NCBI GenBank assembly: GCA_934101605.1 | Contig: CAKORS010000001.1 | Span: 1-41,560 of the forward strand | Source: an uncultured Bacilli bacterium | GTDB lineage: Bacteria; Bacillota_I; Bacilli_A; RF39; UBA660 | Direction: 5' to 3' | DNA length: 41,560 bases | Shown here: piece by piece, positions 17,880 through 27,167 of the stretch | How positions within the stretch are numbered: position 1 is the first letter of the stretch | Layout: every line of letters begins with the position of its first letter | Notes under the pieces: model-generated | Seen by the model: only the letters and a program-made list of their open reading frames with translations | Told to the model about the DNA's origin: nothing | The model's database searches: none | Position numbers and translations under genes: made by a program

Positions 17880-18926
17880 ATGAAAATAGTTAAGAAAATT
17901 GCTAAAATTATTTCCACAATTGTGCTTTCTTTTTTGTGTTTAATTTCTTTATTTATATTGGTTTTTGCATTACGTATTGGTTATTTAACTACTCAAAATA
18001 GAGTTGGAGAGATTAAACTTAATTTTTATACTATTTTAACTCAAAGTATGTATCCTAATATAAAAGCTGGGGATATGATTATAACTTATAAAAATGTAGA
18101 TGGTAAATATAAAAAGGGTGATGTAATAACTTTTATTTCAGCTGGTAAGAATAGTAGTGGTATAACTATTACACATAGAATTAAAGATGTTTATAAAGAA
18201 GAAGATACTTATTATTATATAACTAAGGGCGATAATAATAATGTTGAAGATAGTGTTCCTGTTCCTAGCGGTAATGTTTTAGGTAGAGTTGTTGTGAAGA
18301 TACCTAAAGCTGGTTATATACAACAGTTTTTAGTTACTAAAACAGGTTGGGTTGTTGTTATTTTATTACCTTGTTTATGTATTGCTATATATGATGTATT
18401 AAAATTATTTAGAATAGTTGGAAAAAAGAAAGATATTGATAAACCTAGAAAGAAAGATAAGAGATTAATTTTAGGAGATAATGATATACCTAAAACTGTA
18501 GAAAATAATGACTTTATTGATAATCAAGATAATAATTCTTTAGATGTTCAAAATATTAATAAGGATGATAGATTAGTAATTGATATTCCAGATAGCAATG
18601 CTATAGAAAATGAATCGTTTGATGATCAATTTAGTAATTATAATAATGAATTGAATGACAATATTGTTCCTTTAGAAGAAAATGAAGTGGTAGAATCTAT
18701 TAATAATTCTTATGATCAAGTTTTAAAAGAAGAGGCTATTGAAAATGAACAAACTACTGATACTACTTCTTTAAATGAAAATAATAAGGAAAAAGAATTG
18801 GAAGAGATTAATAATTCTTATGATGAAATTTTAAATCAAGGACTAAAAGAAGAAGAGAAAATAGAAGAGGTTAGCAAAGAGCAAGATAATACTGAACTTT
18901 TAGATGATGATGTAGAAATATTATAA
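17880..18926 (+). CDS. SipW/ER-type (S26B) signal peptidase I with a long acidic C-terminal tail
   Basis: N-terminal TM, catalytic-region motifs TQSMYP, THRI and TKGDNN, PKAGY, and a second TM typical of SipW. About 170 D/E/N-rich residues follow. GTG 17877 is an alternative start. Confidence 0.82.
   Translation: MKIVKKIAKIISTIVLSFLCLISLFILVFALRIGYLTTQNRVGEIKLNFYTILTQSMYPNIKAGDMIITYKNVDGKYKKGDVITFISAGKNSSGITITHRIKDVYKEEDTYYYITKGDNNNVEDSVPVPSGNVLGRVVVKIPKAGYIQQFLVTKTGWVVVILLPCLCIAIYDVLKLFRIVGKKKDIDKPRKKDKRLILGDNDIPKTVENNDFIDNQDNNSLDVQNINKDDRLVIDIPDSNAIENESFDDQFSNYNNELNDNIVPLEENEVVESINNSYDQVLKEEAIENEQTTDTTSLNENNKEKELEEINNSYDEILNQGLKEEEKIEEVSKEQDNTELLDDDVEIL
18699..18824 (+). repeat. Two exact 18-nt direct repeats (ATTAATAATTCTTATGAT) 108 nt apart inside the peptidase tail
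   Basis: Copies at 18699-18716 and 18807-18824. They encode the repeated INNSYD(Q/E)(V/I)L peptide. Confidence 0.9.
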
Positions 18927-18950
18927 AAGTGGGAAACCACTTTTTATTTT
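18926..18950 (+). terminator. Intrinsic terminator after the signal peptidase gene
   Basis: AAAGTGG-GAAA-CCACTTT hairpin followed by TTTATTTT. Confidence 0.65.
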
Positions 18951-18984
18951 GATAGAATAATTGTATAATTGAATTGGTGGTTTT

Positions 18985-19767
18985 ATGTTTAATTTTAAAA
19001 AAAAATATGGACAAAACTTTTTGAAGGATAAAAATATAGTTAATAAAATTGCTACTAGTATTACTCCTTTAGATAATAATATCGTTATTGAAATAGGTTG
19101 TGGCGATGGAAGACTTACTTCAAGATTGTGTGAATTATATGATAATGTATTAGGTTATGAAATAGATAAGGAGCTTGAAAGTATATTAGCAGTTAATTTA
19201 AAAGATTATAGTAATAAAAAAATTATATTTGATGATTTTTTAAATAGAAATTTAGCTTTAGATTTAGAGGAATATAAAGGTAAAAATATATACGTTATTG
19301 CTAATTTACCTTATTATATTACTACTCCTATATTGGAGAAGTTAATAGAGAGTAATTTAGATATAAAGGCTATTACTGTTATGGTTCAAAAAGAGGTCGG
19401 AGATAGATTTTCTGCTAAAGTAGGAACTAAGGAATATAGCTCTTTATCTGTATATTTAAATTATTATTTTAATATAAAGAAACTTTTTGTTGTTAGTAGA
19501 AATTGTTTTATTCCTAGTCCTAATGTTGATAGTATTGTTATAAGATTTGAGGCTTTAGAAAATTTAAATTATTTAAAAAATAAAGAATTGTTTTTTAAAC
19601 TTGTTAGAGATAGTTTTAGGTTTAAGAGAAAGACTTTAAAGAATAATTTAAAATATTATGATTTAGATAAAATAGATTTGGTTTTAAAAAAATATAATCT
19701 TGATTTAAGTGTAAGGGCTGAACAACTTAGTTTAGATATATTTTGTGATATAGCTAATAATTTGTAA
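18985..19767 (+). CDS. rsmA: 16S rRNA (adenine1518/1519-N6)-dimethyltransferase
   Basis: KKYGQNFL N-terminus, SAM motif EIGCGDGRLT and NLPYYITTPIL. Confidence 0.96.
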   Translation: MFNFKKKYGQNFLKDKNIVNKIATSITPLDNNIVIEIGCGDGRLTSRLCELYDNVLGYEIDKELESILAVNLKDYSNKKIIFDDFLNRNLALDLEEYKGKNIYVIANLPYYITTPILEKLIESNLDIKAITVMVQKEVGDRFSAKVGTKEYSSLSVYLNYYFNIKKLFVVSRNCFIPSPNVDSIVIRFEALENLNYLKNKELFFKLVRDSFRFKRKTLKNNLKYYDLDKIDLVLKKYNLDLSVRAEQLSLDIFCDIANNL

Positions 19768-19811
19768 TTTATTAAGTAGGTAAAAGCATATAATTATTTG
19801 GAGATGATTAT

Positions 19812-20606
19812 ATGCTTTTTAAAATTGGAGATTTAGTAACTAGAAAGTCTTATAATAACGATATGGTTTTTAAAATTATTGATATTAAAGATAATGTTGC
19901 TATACTCAATGGTTATAATATAAGGCTTATTGCGGATGCTAATGTCGAAGATCTTAATAAATATGAAGAAAAGGAAGAAGTTTTAAGAAAAGAGGATTCA
20001 ACGCTTATTGATAGGGTTAGTGATTTAATTAAGTTAGATAGAGATGAATATTTTTATCTTCCTGGTAAAATATTACATATAGATGCAGATCAAGATTATT
20101 TAGATAGATGTATGAAATTTTATAAGGAAATGAATATTTTATCTTATGGATTGGTTATAAAGGAAGATATGGTTTCTAATCAAATAAATAAGTATTTAGA
20201 GGACGTTAATCCAGATGTTTTAGTTATAACTGGTCATGATTCTTATTATGATAAAGAAAATCTTGATTATTATGATTTAAATAATTATAGGAATAGTAAA
20301 TGGTTTGTTGATGCTGTTAAGAATGCTAGAAAATATGAAAATGATCATGAAAAGTTAATTATAATAGCGGGAGCTTGTCAATCTGATTATGAGGAACTTA
20401 TTAAAGCTGGTGCTAATTTTGCATCAAGTCCTAAAAGAATAAATATTCATGCTTTAGATCCTGCAATTATTGCTTCTAGTGTTAGTTTATCTTCAAAAAG
20501 TAGTCCTATAAAACTTTTAGATATTTTAGAAAAAACTAAGTATGGTAAGGATGGTTTGGGGGGAATTATAACTAATGGTGCTATGTATGTGGGGTATCCT
20601 AGATGA
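19812..20606 (+). CDS. yabG: Sporulation-specific peptidase YabG (U57 family)
   Basis: Conserved block LHIDADQDYL ... VLVITGHDSY ... IIAGACQS. ksgA-yabG-veg synteny as in Bacillus. Confidence 0.88.
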   Translation: MLFKIGDLVTRKSYNNDMVFKIIDIKDNVAILNGYNIRLIADANVEDLNKYEEKEEVLRKEDSTLIDRVSDLIKLDRDEYFYLPGKILHIDADQDYLDRCMKFYKEMNILSYGLVIKEDMVSNQINKYLEDVNPDVLVITGHDSYYDKENLDYYDLNNYRNSKWFVDAVKNARKYENDHEKLIIIAGACQSDYEELIKAGANFASSPKRINIHALDPAIIASSVSLSSKSSPIKLLDILEKTKYGKDGLGGIITNGAMYVGYPR

Positions 20607-20815
20607 CTTTAGATAGTGTAAAAAATTTTATAGAGTCTAATGTTAATAAAAATCTTAATTTTAAGTATAATGGGGCAAGAAATCAAGTTGTTAAGTTTTC
20701 TGGTAAGATAGTTAATATTTATCCTTGTGTTTTTATTATAAGATCAAATGATAATGATTTTGTTAGATCGTTTGCTTATTCTGATGTTTTGATTGGAAAT
20801 TTAGAGATAAAATAG
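20603..20815 (+). CDS. veg: Veg protein (biofilm/sporulation-associated small protein)
   Basis: 70 aa. The pattern GKIVNIYPCVFIIR...SFAYSDVLIGNLEI matches Veg (GILAETYPSVFVIQ...SYSYADILT). ATGA overlap with yabG. Confidence 0.85.
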   Translation: MTLDSVKNFIESNVNKNLNFKYNGARNQVVKFSGKIVNIYPCVFIIRSNDNDFVRSFAYSDVLIGNLEIK

Positions 20816-20846
20816 GTGTAAAACCTTACAAAATAAGCAAAAACTG

Positions 20847-20875
20847 TTGCATTTTTATTTTCTATAATATACAAT
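20847..20875 (+). promoter_or_regulatory. Candidate promoter of spoVG
   Basis: TTGCAT (20847-20852), 17-bp spacer, TACAAT (20870-20875). Confidence 0.4.
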
Positions 20876-20919
20876 TATTTTAGAAGCTGTTTGCTTCTTG
20901 TTAAGGAGGGCTTAAGAAG

Positions 20920-21177
20920 ATGAAAATAACATCAGTCAATGTAAGAAAAATTGAAAATGAAGGATCTCGTATGAAAGGTATTGCATCTGTATTAATCGAT
21001 GATTGCTTTGCTGTTCATGATATCCGTATTATTGAAGGAGATAATGGTTTGTTTATAGCAATGCCAAGTAGAAAAACACCTACTGGAACTTATAAAGATA
21101 TAGCACATCCAATTAATCCAGAGACACGTACTATGTTTGAAGAGGCTATTTTAGAAGCATACAAAACTGCAGAATAA
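20920..21177 (+). CDS. spoVG: Septation/RNA-binding protein SpoVG
   Basis: [12 protein letters not shown]...[33 protein letters not shown] is canonical SpoVG. AAGGAGG RBS. Codon usage looks typical of a highly expressed gene. Confidence 0.97.
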   Translation: MKITSVNVRKIENEGSRMKGIASVLIDDCFAVHDIRIIEGDNGLFIAMPSRKTPTGTYKDIAHPINPETRTMFEEAILEAYKTAE

Positions 21178-21189
21178 TTTAGTTTATTA

Positions 21190-21216
21190 AATACCAAGAA
21201 ATTGGTATTTTTTTTA
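21190..21216 (+). terminator. Intrinsic terminator after spoVG
   Basis: AATACCAA-GAAA-TTGGTATT hairpin followed by a T-run. Confidence 0.7.
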
Positions 21217-21247
21217 TTTTGTATCATATATTTAAGTGGTGAAAATT

Positions 21248-21535
21248 ATGGAAAAACAAGAAATTATAAGTGGTAGTCATGCTATGAGTATTAATGAAAG
21301 AAAGAGTATTTATATTACAGGGGTATTAAAAATTGATAGTTTTGATGATGAAGAGTTTTTGCTTGAAACATCTATGGGTTATTTAGTTATAAAAGGTGTT
21401 GGATTAGAGCTTATGAGACTTGATACTAAGGATGGTATAGTTTCTATTAAAGGACAAGTTATTAGTACTTGTTATATGGAGAATATAGGTAAGGGTAAGA
21501 AGAAAAGCAGTGTTATAGAGAGTTTATTTAAATGA
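21248..21535 (+). CDS. yabP: Sporulation protein YabP
   Basis: ITGVLKIDSFDDEEFLLETSMGYLVIKGVGLEL...GIVSIKG matches the YabP family. Followed by yabQ and divIC as in Bacillus. Confidence 0.88.
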   Translation: MEKQEIISGSHAMSINERKSIYITGVLKIDSFDDEEFLLETSMGYLVIKGVGLELMRLDTKDGIVSIKGQVISTCYMENIGKGKKKSSVIESLFK

Positions 21536-21813
21536 GTGTAGATATACAAATATATAGTTTATTATTTACTTTAATTTATGGTTTTATAGATTATATTTTA
21601 TATAAAATATTTTATAAATATTTAATATTAGGTTCTTTGTTTAGAAAAGTAGTTTATAATACCTTTTTTATGTTATGTAATGTTATTATTTATTTTATAT
21701 GTATTTATTATATAAATGGAGGTATATTTCATATTTATTTTTTCTTTAGTTATATTATAGGATTTATTTTATCTTTAAAGATGTATATGTATATTAAATG
21801 TCAATTTGAATAG
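21532..21813 (+). CDS. yabQ: Spore cortex biosynthesis membrane protein YabQ
   Basis: 93 aa, polytopic and hydrophobic. ATGA overlap with yabP. The call rests mainly on conserved synteny. Confidence 0.7.
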   Translation: MSVDIQIYSLLFTLIYGFIDYILYKIFYKYLILGSLFRKVVYNTFFMLCNVIIYFICIYYINGGIFHIYFFFSYIIGFILSLKMYMYIKCQFE

Positions 21814-21829
21814 TTATTTGTCTTAAATC

Positions 21830-21858
21830 TTGAATAGTTATTTTAATTTTAGTATTAT
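21830..21858 (+). promoter_or_regulatory. Candidate promoter of divIC
   Basis: TTGAAT (21830-21835), 17-bp spacer, TATTAT (21853-21858). Confidence 0.4.
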
Positions 21859-21881
21859 TATAGTATAGAGGTGAGTTCTAT

Positions 21882-22175
21882 ATGGCTAAGAAAAGAAAAA
21901 AAAAGAATAAATTAAGAACTTTTTTAGTTGTATTGCTTTGCCTATTTATTAATGGAATGGTATTTTACTATGTTGGAAATACTGTAAAAGACGTTTATTT
22001 AAAAAAACAAGAGAAAAAGGAATTGAAGAAAAAATATGTTATTTTAGAAGATGAAAAGGAAAAACTTGAAGCAGAGGCTGCAAAGTTACAAGATCCTAAT
22101 TATATAGCTAAGTATGCAAGAGAGAAGTTTTTATATTCTAAAGATAATGAATATATAGTTAAGATAAGAGATTAA
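21882..22175 (+). CDS. divIC: Septum formation initiator DivIC/FtsB family
   Basis: 97 aa. Basic N-terminus, one TM segment, then a coiled coil (KKQEKKELKKKYVILEDEKEKLEAEAAKLQD). Synteny after yabQ. Confidence 0.85.
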   Translation: MAKKRKKKNKLRTFLVVLLCLFINGMVFYYVGNTVKDVYLKKQEKKELKKKYVILEDEKEKLEAEAAKLQDPNYIAKYAREKFLYSKDNEYIVKIRD

Positions 22176-22199
22176 CAAAATCTAGTTGATTTGTTTTTT
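22175..22199 (+). terminator. Probable intrinsic terminator after divIC
   Basis: ACAAAATC / GATTTGT hairpin (one bulged A) followed by a T6 run. Confidence 0.45.
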
Positions 22200-22265
22200 C
22201 TCTTTTTTATTGTTTTTTAATTTATTTTAGATTAATATATTTATTATAAAAAAGAGGTGAGTATT

Positions 22266-23585
22266 ATGAAACAGGCTGAAGATTTTTTAAATACGTTTTT
22301 AAAAGATGGAGATACTATATTATTAGGGTGTTCTGGTGGACCTGATTCTATGGTTTTATTAAATTTATTATTGAAAGTTAGAAAGAGTAAAGACATAAAG
22401 TTAATAGTTGCTCATGTTAATCATAATGTAAGAAGAGAAAGTAAAAAGGAAATGTTATTTGTTAAGGATTATTGTCTAAAAAAGGATATAGTTTTTGAAG
22501 ATATGACTATTGAAAAATATAGTGATGATAATTTTGAAAATGAGGCTAGAATGATAAGATATAGTTTTTTTGATGATTTAGCAAGCAAATATAATATAGA
22601 TTATCTTATGACTGCTCATCATGGTGATGATTTAATTGAAACTGTTTTAATGAGGATTGTTAGGGGTTCTACTTTAAAAGGTTATAGTGGTTTTGGTGTT
22701 GTTAGTAATAGAGGTAGTTATGATATAGTTAGGCCTCTTGTTTATTCTACAAAAAGTGAAATATTAGAGTATGCTAAGAAAAAGAAAATACCTTATGCTA
22801 TTGATAAGACTAATTTTTCTAATACTCATACAAGAAATAGATATAGAAAGACTGTTTTACCTTTTTTGAAGAAGGAAGATAAGGATGTTCATTTGAAGTT
22901 TTTAAAATATAGTAGGGTGTTAAATAGTTATTATGAGTATGTTGATTTATTAATAAATGATAAGTTTTCTTTTGTTGTTAAAGATAATATTTTAGATATT
23001 AATAAATATAAAGAATTGGATGGCTTATTACGAAATGAGATTATTTATAAGATGTTGGAGAAATATTATCAAGACGATTTGATTTTAATAGGTGATGTTC
23101 ATGTTAATATGATTAAAGAATTAATAGGGTCTAGAAAAGCTAATTCTTATATATATTTACCTAATAATATTAAAGGTATAAAAAGTTATAATAATCTTGT
23201 GTTATCAAAGGTTACAGATCTTATTGATAGTTATGATATGGAAATTTCTAATTATGTTCATTTACCTAATAATAAGTGTATTGAAATTATAGAGGAAAGT
23301 GATATTAATAATAATTATTATTGTAGATTGAGTAAGGAAGATGTTGCTTTTCCTCTTAGAGTTAGAACTAGAAAAGATGGGGATAAAGTTTATATAAAAA
23401 ATATGAATGGTTCAAAAAAACTTAAGGATATTTTTATAGATATGAAGATACCTATTAATGAAAGAGATATTTGGCCAATAGTAGTCGATGCTCATGATAA
23501 TATAGTATGGATACCAGGAATGAAAAAAACTAAATATGATGTTCCTAAAAGTAAAAAGTGTGATATAATATTAAGGTATCATTAA
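22266..23585 (+). CDS. tilS: tRNA(Ile)-lysidine synthase
   Basis: PP-loop GCSGGPDS, and a TilS C-terminal domain (RTRKDGDKV...GSKKLKDIFID). AGAGGTGA lies upstream of ATG 22266; GTG 22257 is an alternative start. Confidence 0.94.
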   Translation: MKQAEDFLNTFLKDGDTILLGCSGGPDSMVLLNLLLKVRKSKDIKLIVAHVNHNVRRESKKEMLFVKDYCLKKDIVFEDMTIEKYSDDNFENEARMIRYSFFDDLASKYNIDYLMTAHHGDDLIETVLMRIVRGSTLKGYSGFGVVSNRGSYDIVRPLVYSTKSEILEYAKKKKIPYAIDKTNFSNTHTRNRYRKTVLPFLKKEDKDVHLKFLKYSRVLNSYYEYVDLLINDKFSFVVKDNILDINKYKELDGLLRNEIIYKMLEKYYQDDLILIGDVHVNMIKELIGSRKANSYIYLPNNIKGIKSYNNLVLSKVTDLIDSYDMEISNYVHLPNNKCIEIIEESDINNNYYCRLSKEDVAFPLRVRTRKDGDKVYIKNMNGSKKLKDIFIDMKIPINERDIWPIVVDAHDNIVWIPGMKKTKYDVPKSKKCDIILRYH

Positions 23586-23599
23586 TTTGGAGGGATTTT

Positions 23600-25546
23600 A
23601 TGAATAAAAAAGAGATTAGAAGAAGTTTATGGTCATATGTTAGTATATTTGTATTTTTTGCTTTATTGTTTTTTGCATATAGAGCTTTAAATACTAAAGT
23701 TAATACTCTTACATATAACGAGTTTATAAATAATTTAAATAGTGGAAGTATTGTAGAGTTAGAGATAACTCCTAAAAGTAGTTCATCTATTTATCAGTTA
23801 GATGGTAAATTAAAGAACTATGATGATAATGAGAGTTTTTCTTTAAAGGCTCCTCTTTCAGAGAGTGTTATTTCTAATATATTAAAGAAAGCTGATAAGG
23901 ATGATTTTAAGGTTGTTGTTAATAAAGATCCTGAGTCAAGTTCTATATTAACATTAATTGTTAATATATTACCTCTTGTTTTAATTGGAATAATTGTATT
24001 TGTATTTATTAACAAACAATTAGGTAGTAATAATAAATCATTTGATTTTGGAAGAAGTAAAGCTAGACTTCATGATGAAAAAGATAAAGTTAATTTTAGT
24101 AATGTAGCTGGTTTGGTTGAAGAAAAATATGAATTAAAGGAATTAGTTGATTTCTTGAAAAATCCTAAAAAATTCCAAAAATTAGGAGCTAGAATTCCTA
24201 AGGGTGTTTTACTTGTAGGGCCTCCTGGAACTGGTAAGACTTTGCTTGCTCGTGCAGTAGCAGGGGAAGCTAGTGTTCCTTTCTATTATATAAGTGGATC
24301 TGACTTTGTAGAGCTTTTTGTTGGAGTTGGAGCAAGCCGTGTTAGAGATATGTTTAAACAAGCTAAACAGACAGCACCATGTTTAATATTTATAGATGAG
24401 ATTGATGCTGTAGGTCGTCAAAGAGGAACTGGTTTAGGTGGAGGACATGATGAGAGAGAACAAACTTTGAATCAGTTATTAACAGAGATGGATGGTTTTG
24501 GTGCTAATGAAGGAATAATTATTATAGCTGCTACAAATAGACCTGATGTGTTGGATCCAGCTTTACTTAGACCTGGAAGATTTGATAGACAAGTAACAGT
24601 TAATTTACCAGATGTTAAAGAAAGAGAAGCAATCCTTAAAGTTCATGCTAAGAATAAAATTTTGGCAAATGATGTTCATTTAGATTTTCTAGCTAAAAGA
24701 ACTTCAGGATTTAGTGGTGCAGATTTAGAAAATTTACTTAATGAAGCAGCTTTACTTGCTGTAAGAAGAAATAAAGATGCTATTACTATGAGTGAACTTG
24801 ATGAAGCCCATGATAGAGTTCTAATGGGGCCTGCTAAACAATCTAGAAAATTAAGTAATGAAGATAAAAAGATTACTGCTTATCATGAAGCAGGTCATGT
24901 AATTGTAGGATTAAAACTTGAAAAATCTAATATAGTTCAAAAGGTAACTATAATTCCACGTGGTATGGCTGGTGGATATACAAATATTCAAAGTGAAGAA
25001 GAAAAAGCTCATACAACTAAATCAGAGCTTTTAGAAACTATATCTACTTTACTTGCTGGTCGTGTTACAGAAAAACTAGTTTTTAATGAAATAACTACTG
25101 GAGCATCAAATGATATTGAAAGAGCTACTAAAATAGCTCGTGCAATGGTTACTGAATATGGAATGAGTGATTTAGGTCCAATGCAATTAGAACAAAGTGA
25201 ATCAAGTGTGTTCTTAGGAAGAGATTATAATAAATCACGTAATTTCTCTGATCAAGTTGCTTTTGAAATTGATAAGGAAGTAAGAAAGATTATAGATGCA
25301 TGTTATGCTAAGAGTGAACAAGTTATTAAGGATAATATGAAGATTGTTGATTTAATAGCTGAAAACTTAGTTAAGTATGAAACTTTAACTAAAGAGCAAA
25401 TTGATTATATAGTAGAAAATGGTAAATTTCCTACGGACAATTATGAAGAAATGAGTATTCAAGAATTAAGGAAAATAGCTAAAGAAAAGGGTATAGAAGG
25501 ATATTCAAAGATGACAAAAGAAGAAATACTTGACAATTTGAAGTAA
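23600..25546 (+). CDS. ftsH: ATP-dependent zinc metalloprotease FtsH with a C-terminal HeH/Rho_N-like tail
   Basis: Two TM segments, Walker A GPPGTGKT, Walker B IFIDEID, SRH and the HEAGH zinc site. The last 33 aa form a Rho_N/HeH-like motif. Confidence 0.97.
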   Translation: MNKKEIRRSLWSYVSIFVFFALLFFAYRALNTKVNTLTYNEFINNLNSGSIVELEITPKSSSSIYQLDGKLKNYDDNESFSLKAPLSESVISNILKKADKDDFKVVVNKDPESSSILTLIVNILPLVLIGIIVFVFINKQLGSNNKSFDFGRSKARLHDEKDKVNFSNVAGLVEEKYELKELVDFLKNPKKFQKLGARIPKGVLLVGPPGTGKTLLARAVAGEASVPFYYISGSDFVELFVGVGASRVRDMFKQAKQTAPCLIFIDEIDAVGRQRGTGLGGGHDEREQTLNQLLTEMDGFGANEGIIIIAATNRPDVLDPALLRPGRFDRQVTVNLPDVKEREAILKVHAKNKILANDVHLDFLAKRTSGFSGADLENLLNEAALLAVRRNKDAITMSELDEAHDRVLMGPAKQSRKLSNEDKKITAYHEAGHVIVGLKLEKSNIVQKVTIIPRGMAGGYTNIQSEEEKAHTTKSELLETISTLLAGRVTEKLVFNEITTGASNDIERATKIARAMVTEYGMSDLGPMQLEQSESSVFLGRDYNKSRNFSDQVAFEIDKEVRKIIDACYAKSEQVIKDNMKIVDLIAENLVKYETLTKEQIDYIVENGKFPTDNYEEMSIQELRKIAKEKGIEGYSKMTKEEILDNLK

Positions 25547-25558
25547 TTCTGTTATAAT
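25530..25558 (+). promoter_or_regulatory. Full-consensus sigma-A promoter embedded in the ftsH 3' end
   Basis: TTGACA (25530-25535), 17-bp spacer, TATAAT (25553-25558) with a TG at 25550-25551. Drives the 145-aa ORF. Confidence 0.7.
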
Positions 25559-25590
25559 AACGGTATCTTTTTTGAAGGGGGATATTTGTT

Positions 25591-26028
25591 ATGGAAAAAC
25601 AAAGAGAATTAAACATATTATTAGTAGATGAAAGGGCCACAGTTGAAGATTTTAAACTTGTTGAAAAAACAATGTTAGAAAGATCTAATGATAATAAAGA
25701 ATCTTTAATTGAAATGTTTACATTGGATGATTTAAAAGATGAAAGTATTAGGGGAAAAATGGCTAATGATATAGCTTTAGCTGATAGAATAGTTGTTGTT
25801 AACGCACTTGATCCATTTAAATGTCAAGGAAATGTTTCTCAACCAATGAGAGATTTAGTGTGTGGAATTCAAGATCAAAAGGCAGTTTATTATATATATA
25901 CTCCTAGAGATTTTTCTGCTAAAAACAATTGGTCAATAGAATTATCAGGAAATCCAATGTTAAGATTATATGCTGGTCATATTGCAAAAAAACAACAAAA
26001 CGATTTTCAAATAAGAAGCGTTAGATAA
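25591..26028 (+). CDS. Hypothetical protein, 145 aa, no recognisable motif
   Basis: Strong RBS (AGGGGGA) and a consensus promoter. The alternating hydrophobic strand/helix pattern suggests an alpha/beta fold. The stop overlaps a possible dusB ATG (TAATG). Confidence 0.7.
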   Translation: MEKQRELNILLVDERATVEDFKLVEKTMLERSNDNKESLIEMFTLDDLKDESIRGKMANDIALADRIVVVNALDPFKCQGNVSQPMRDLVCGIQDQKAVYYIYTPRDFSAKNNWSIELSGNPMLRLYAGHIAKKQQNDFQIRSVR

Positions 26029-26063
26029 TGCTTCTTTTTTATGATATAATTGTAGTGATGTTT

Positions 26064-27038
26064 ATGAAAATAGGAAATGTGGAAATAAAAAATAAAGTTG
26101 TTTTAGCTCCGATGGCAGGAGTTTGTAATAGTGCTTTTAGACGTATTGTAAAAGAAATGGGATGTGGTCTTATTTATGCTGAAATGGTAAGTGATAAGGC
26201 TATTTGTTATGATAGTAAAAAGACTATAGATATGCTTTATATGACAGATTTTGAAAGACCTATAGCACAACAAATATTTGGTAGTGATAAGGAATCTTTT
26301 GTTAAAGCAGCTAAATATATAGAGAATGTTATGCATCCAGATATTATTGATATTAATATGGGGTGTCCTGTTCCTAAAGTTGCTATTAGGGCACAGGCTG
26401 GCTCAGCGCTTTTAAGGGATGTTAATAAAATTAGAGAAATTGTTAGTGCAGTTAAGGAAAATGTTAGTGTTCCAGTAACTGTTAAAATTAGAAGTGGTTG
26501 GGATAGTAATAGTATAAATGCCGTAGAGGTTGCTAAAGTGGTTGAAGAAGCTGGAGCTTCTGCTATATGTGTTCATGGAAGAACTAGGAGTCAGGGTTAT
26601 TCTGGAAAAGCAGATTGGGATATAATTAAACAAGTTAAGGAGGCTGTTTCTATACCTGTGATAGGTAATGGTGATATAAAAACTTGTTATGATGCTAAAA
26701 GAATGCTTGATGAAACTTCTTGTGATGCTGTTATGATTGGAAGAGGATGTTTGGGAAATCCTTGGCTTATAAAAGAGGTAGTTGATTATTTAGAATCTTC
26801 AACAAAACCTAAAAAAGTTAGTGATGAAGAAAAGATAGATATGTGTATTAAGCATTTGGATTATCTTTTAGAGTTTCAAAAAGAGGGACAGGCTGTGTTA
26901 GAAATTAGAAGTAATATTGCTTGGTATTTGAAAGGTATACCTGGAGCTAAAGAGTTTAAAAATGAAATATTTAAATTAAAAAAGGCTGATGATATTAAAC
27001 TGAGTTTGTTAAATTTTAAGAAAAGTTTAAAAAAATAG
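26064..27038 (+). CDS. dusB: tRNA-dihydrouridine synthase B
   Basis: [26 protein letters not shown]... is collinear with B. subtilis DusB. FMN/active-site region DINMGCPV and HGRTR. ATG 26058 and ATG 26028 are alternative starts. Confidence 0.93.
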   Translation: MKIGNVEIKNKVVLAPMAGVCNSAFRRIVKEMGCGLIYAEMVSDKAICYDSKKTIDMLYMTDFERPIAQQIFGSDKESFVKAAKYIENVMHPDIIDINMGCPVPKVAIRAQAGSALLRDVNKIREIVSAVKENVSVPVTVKIRSGWDSNSINAVEVAKVVEEAGASAICVHGRTRSQGYSGKADWDIIKQVKEAVSIPVIGNGDIKTCYDAKRMLDETSCDAVMIGRGCLGNPWLIKEVVDYLESSTKPKKVSDEEKIDMCIKHLDYLLEFQKEGQAVLEIRSNIAWYLKGIPGAKEFKNEIFKLKKADDIKLSLLNFKKSLKK

Positions 27039-27073
27039 ACAATATTTAATATACATTTAATTTTTTGTATTTT

Positions 27074-27098
27074 AAGCACCAATTATGGTGCTTTTTTT
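27074..27098 (+). terminator. Intrinsic terminator after dusB
   Basis: AAGCACCA-ATTA-TGGTGCTT hairpin followed by a T-run. Confidence 0.7.
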
Positions 27099-27167
27099 GG
27101 GTTTTTTGTAAAAAATTCTTTTCTTTTTGGGCTATTAGTGTCATAATTATAATTAGGAGGAGAGAAA

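Noticed and set aside
21806-21843. Direct repeat TTGAATAGTTATTT (21806-21819 and 21830-21843) spanning the yabQ stop and the divIC promoter. Also TTTAACTAT x2 at 14320-14339 upstream of spoVT.
   Set aside because: These are short AT-rich duplications. One copy is accounted for as the -35 region of the divIC promoter. The sequence alone gives no further evidence for a distinct element.
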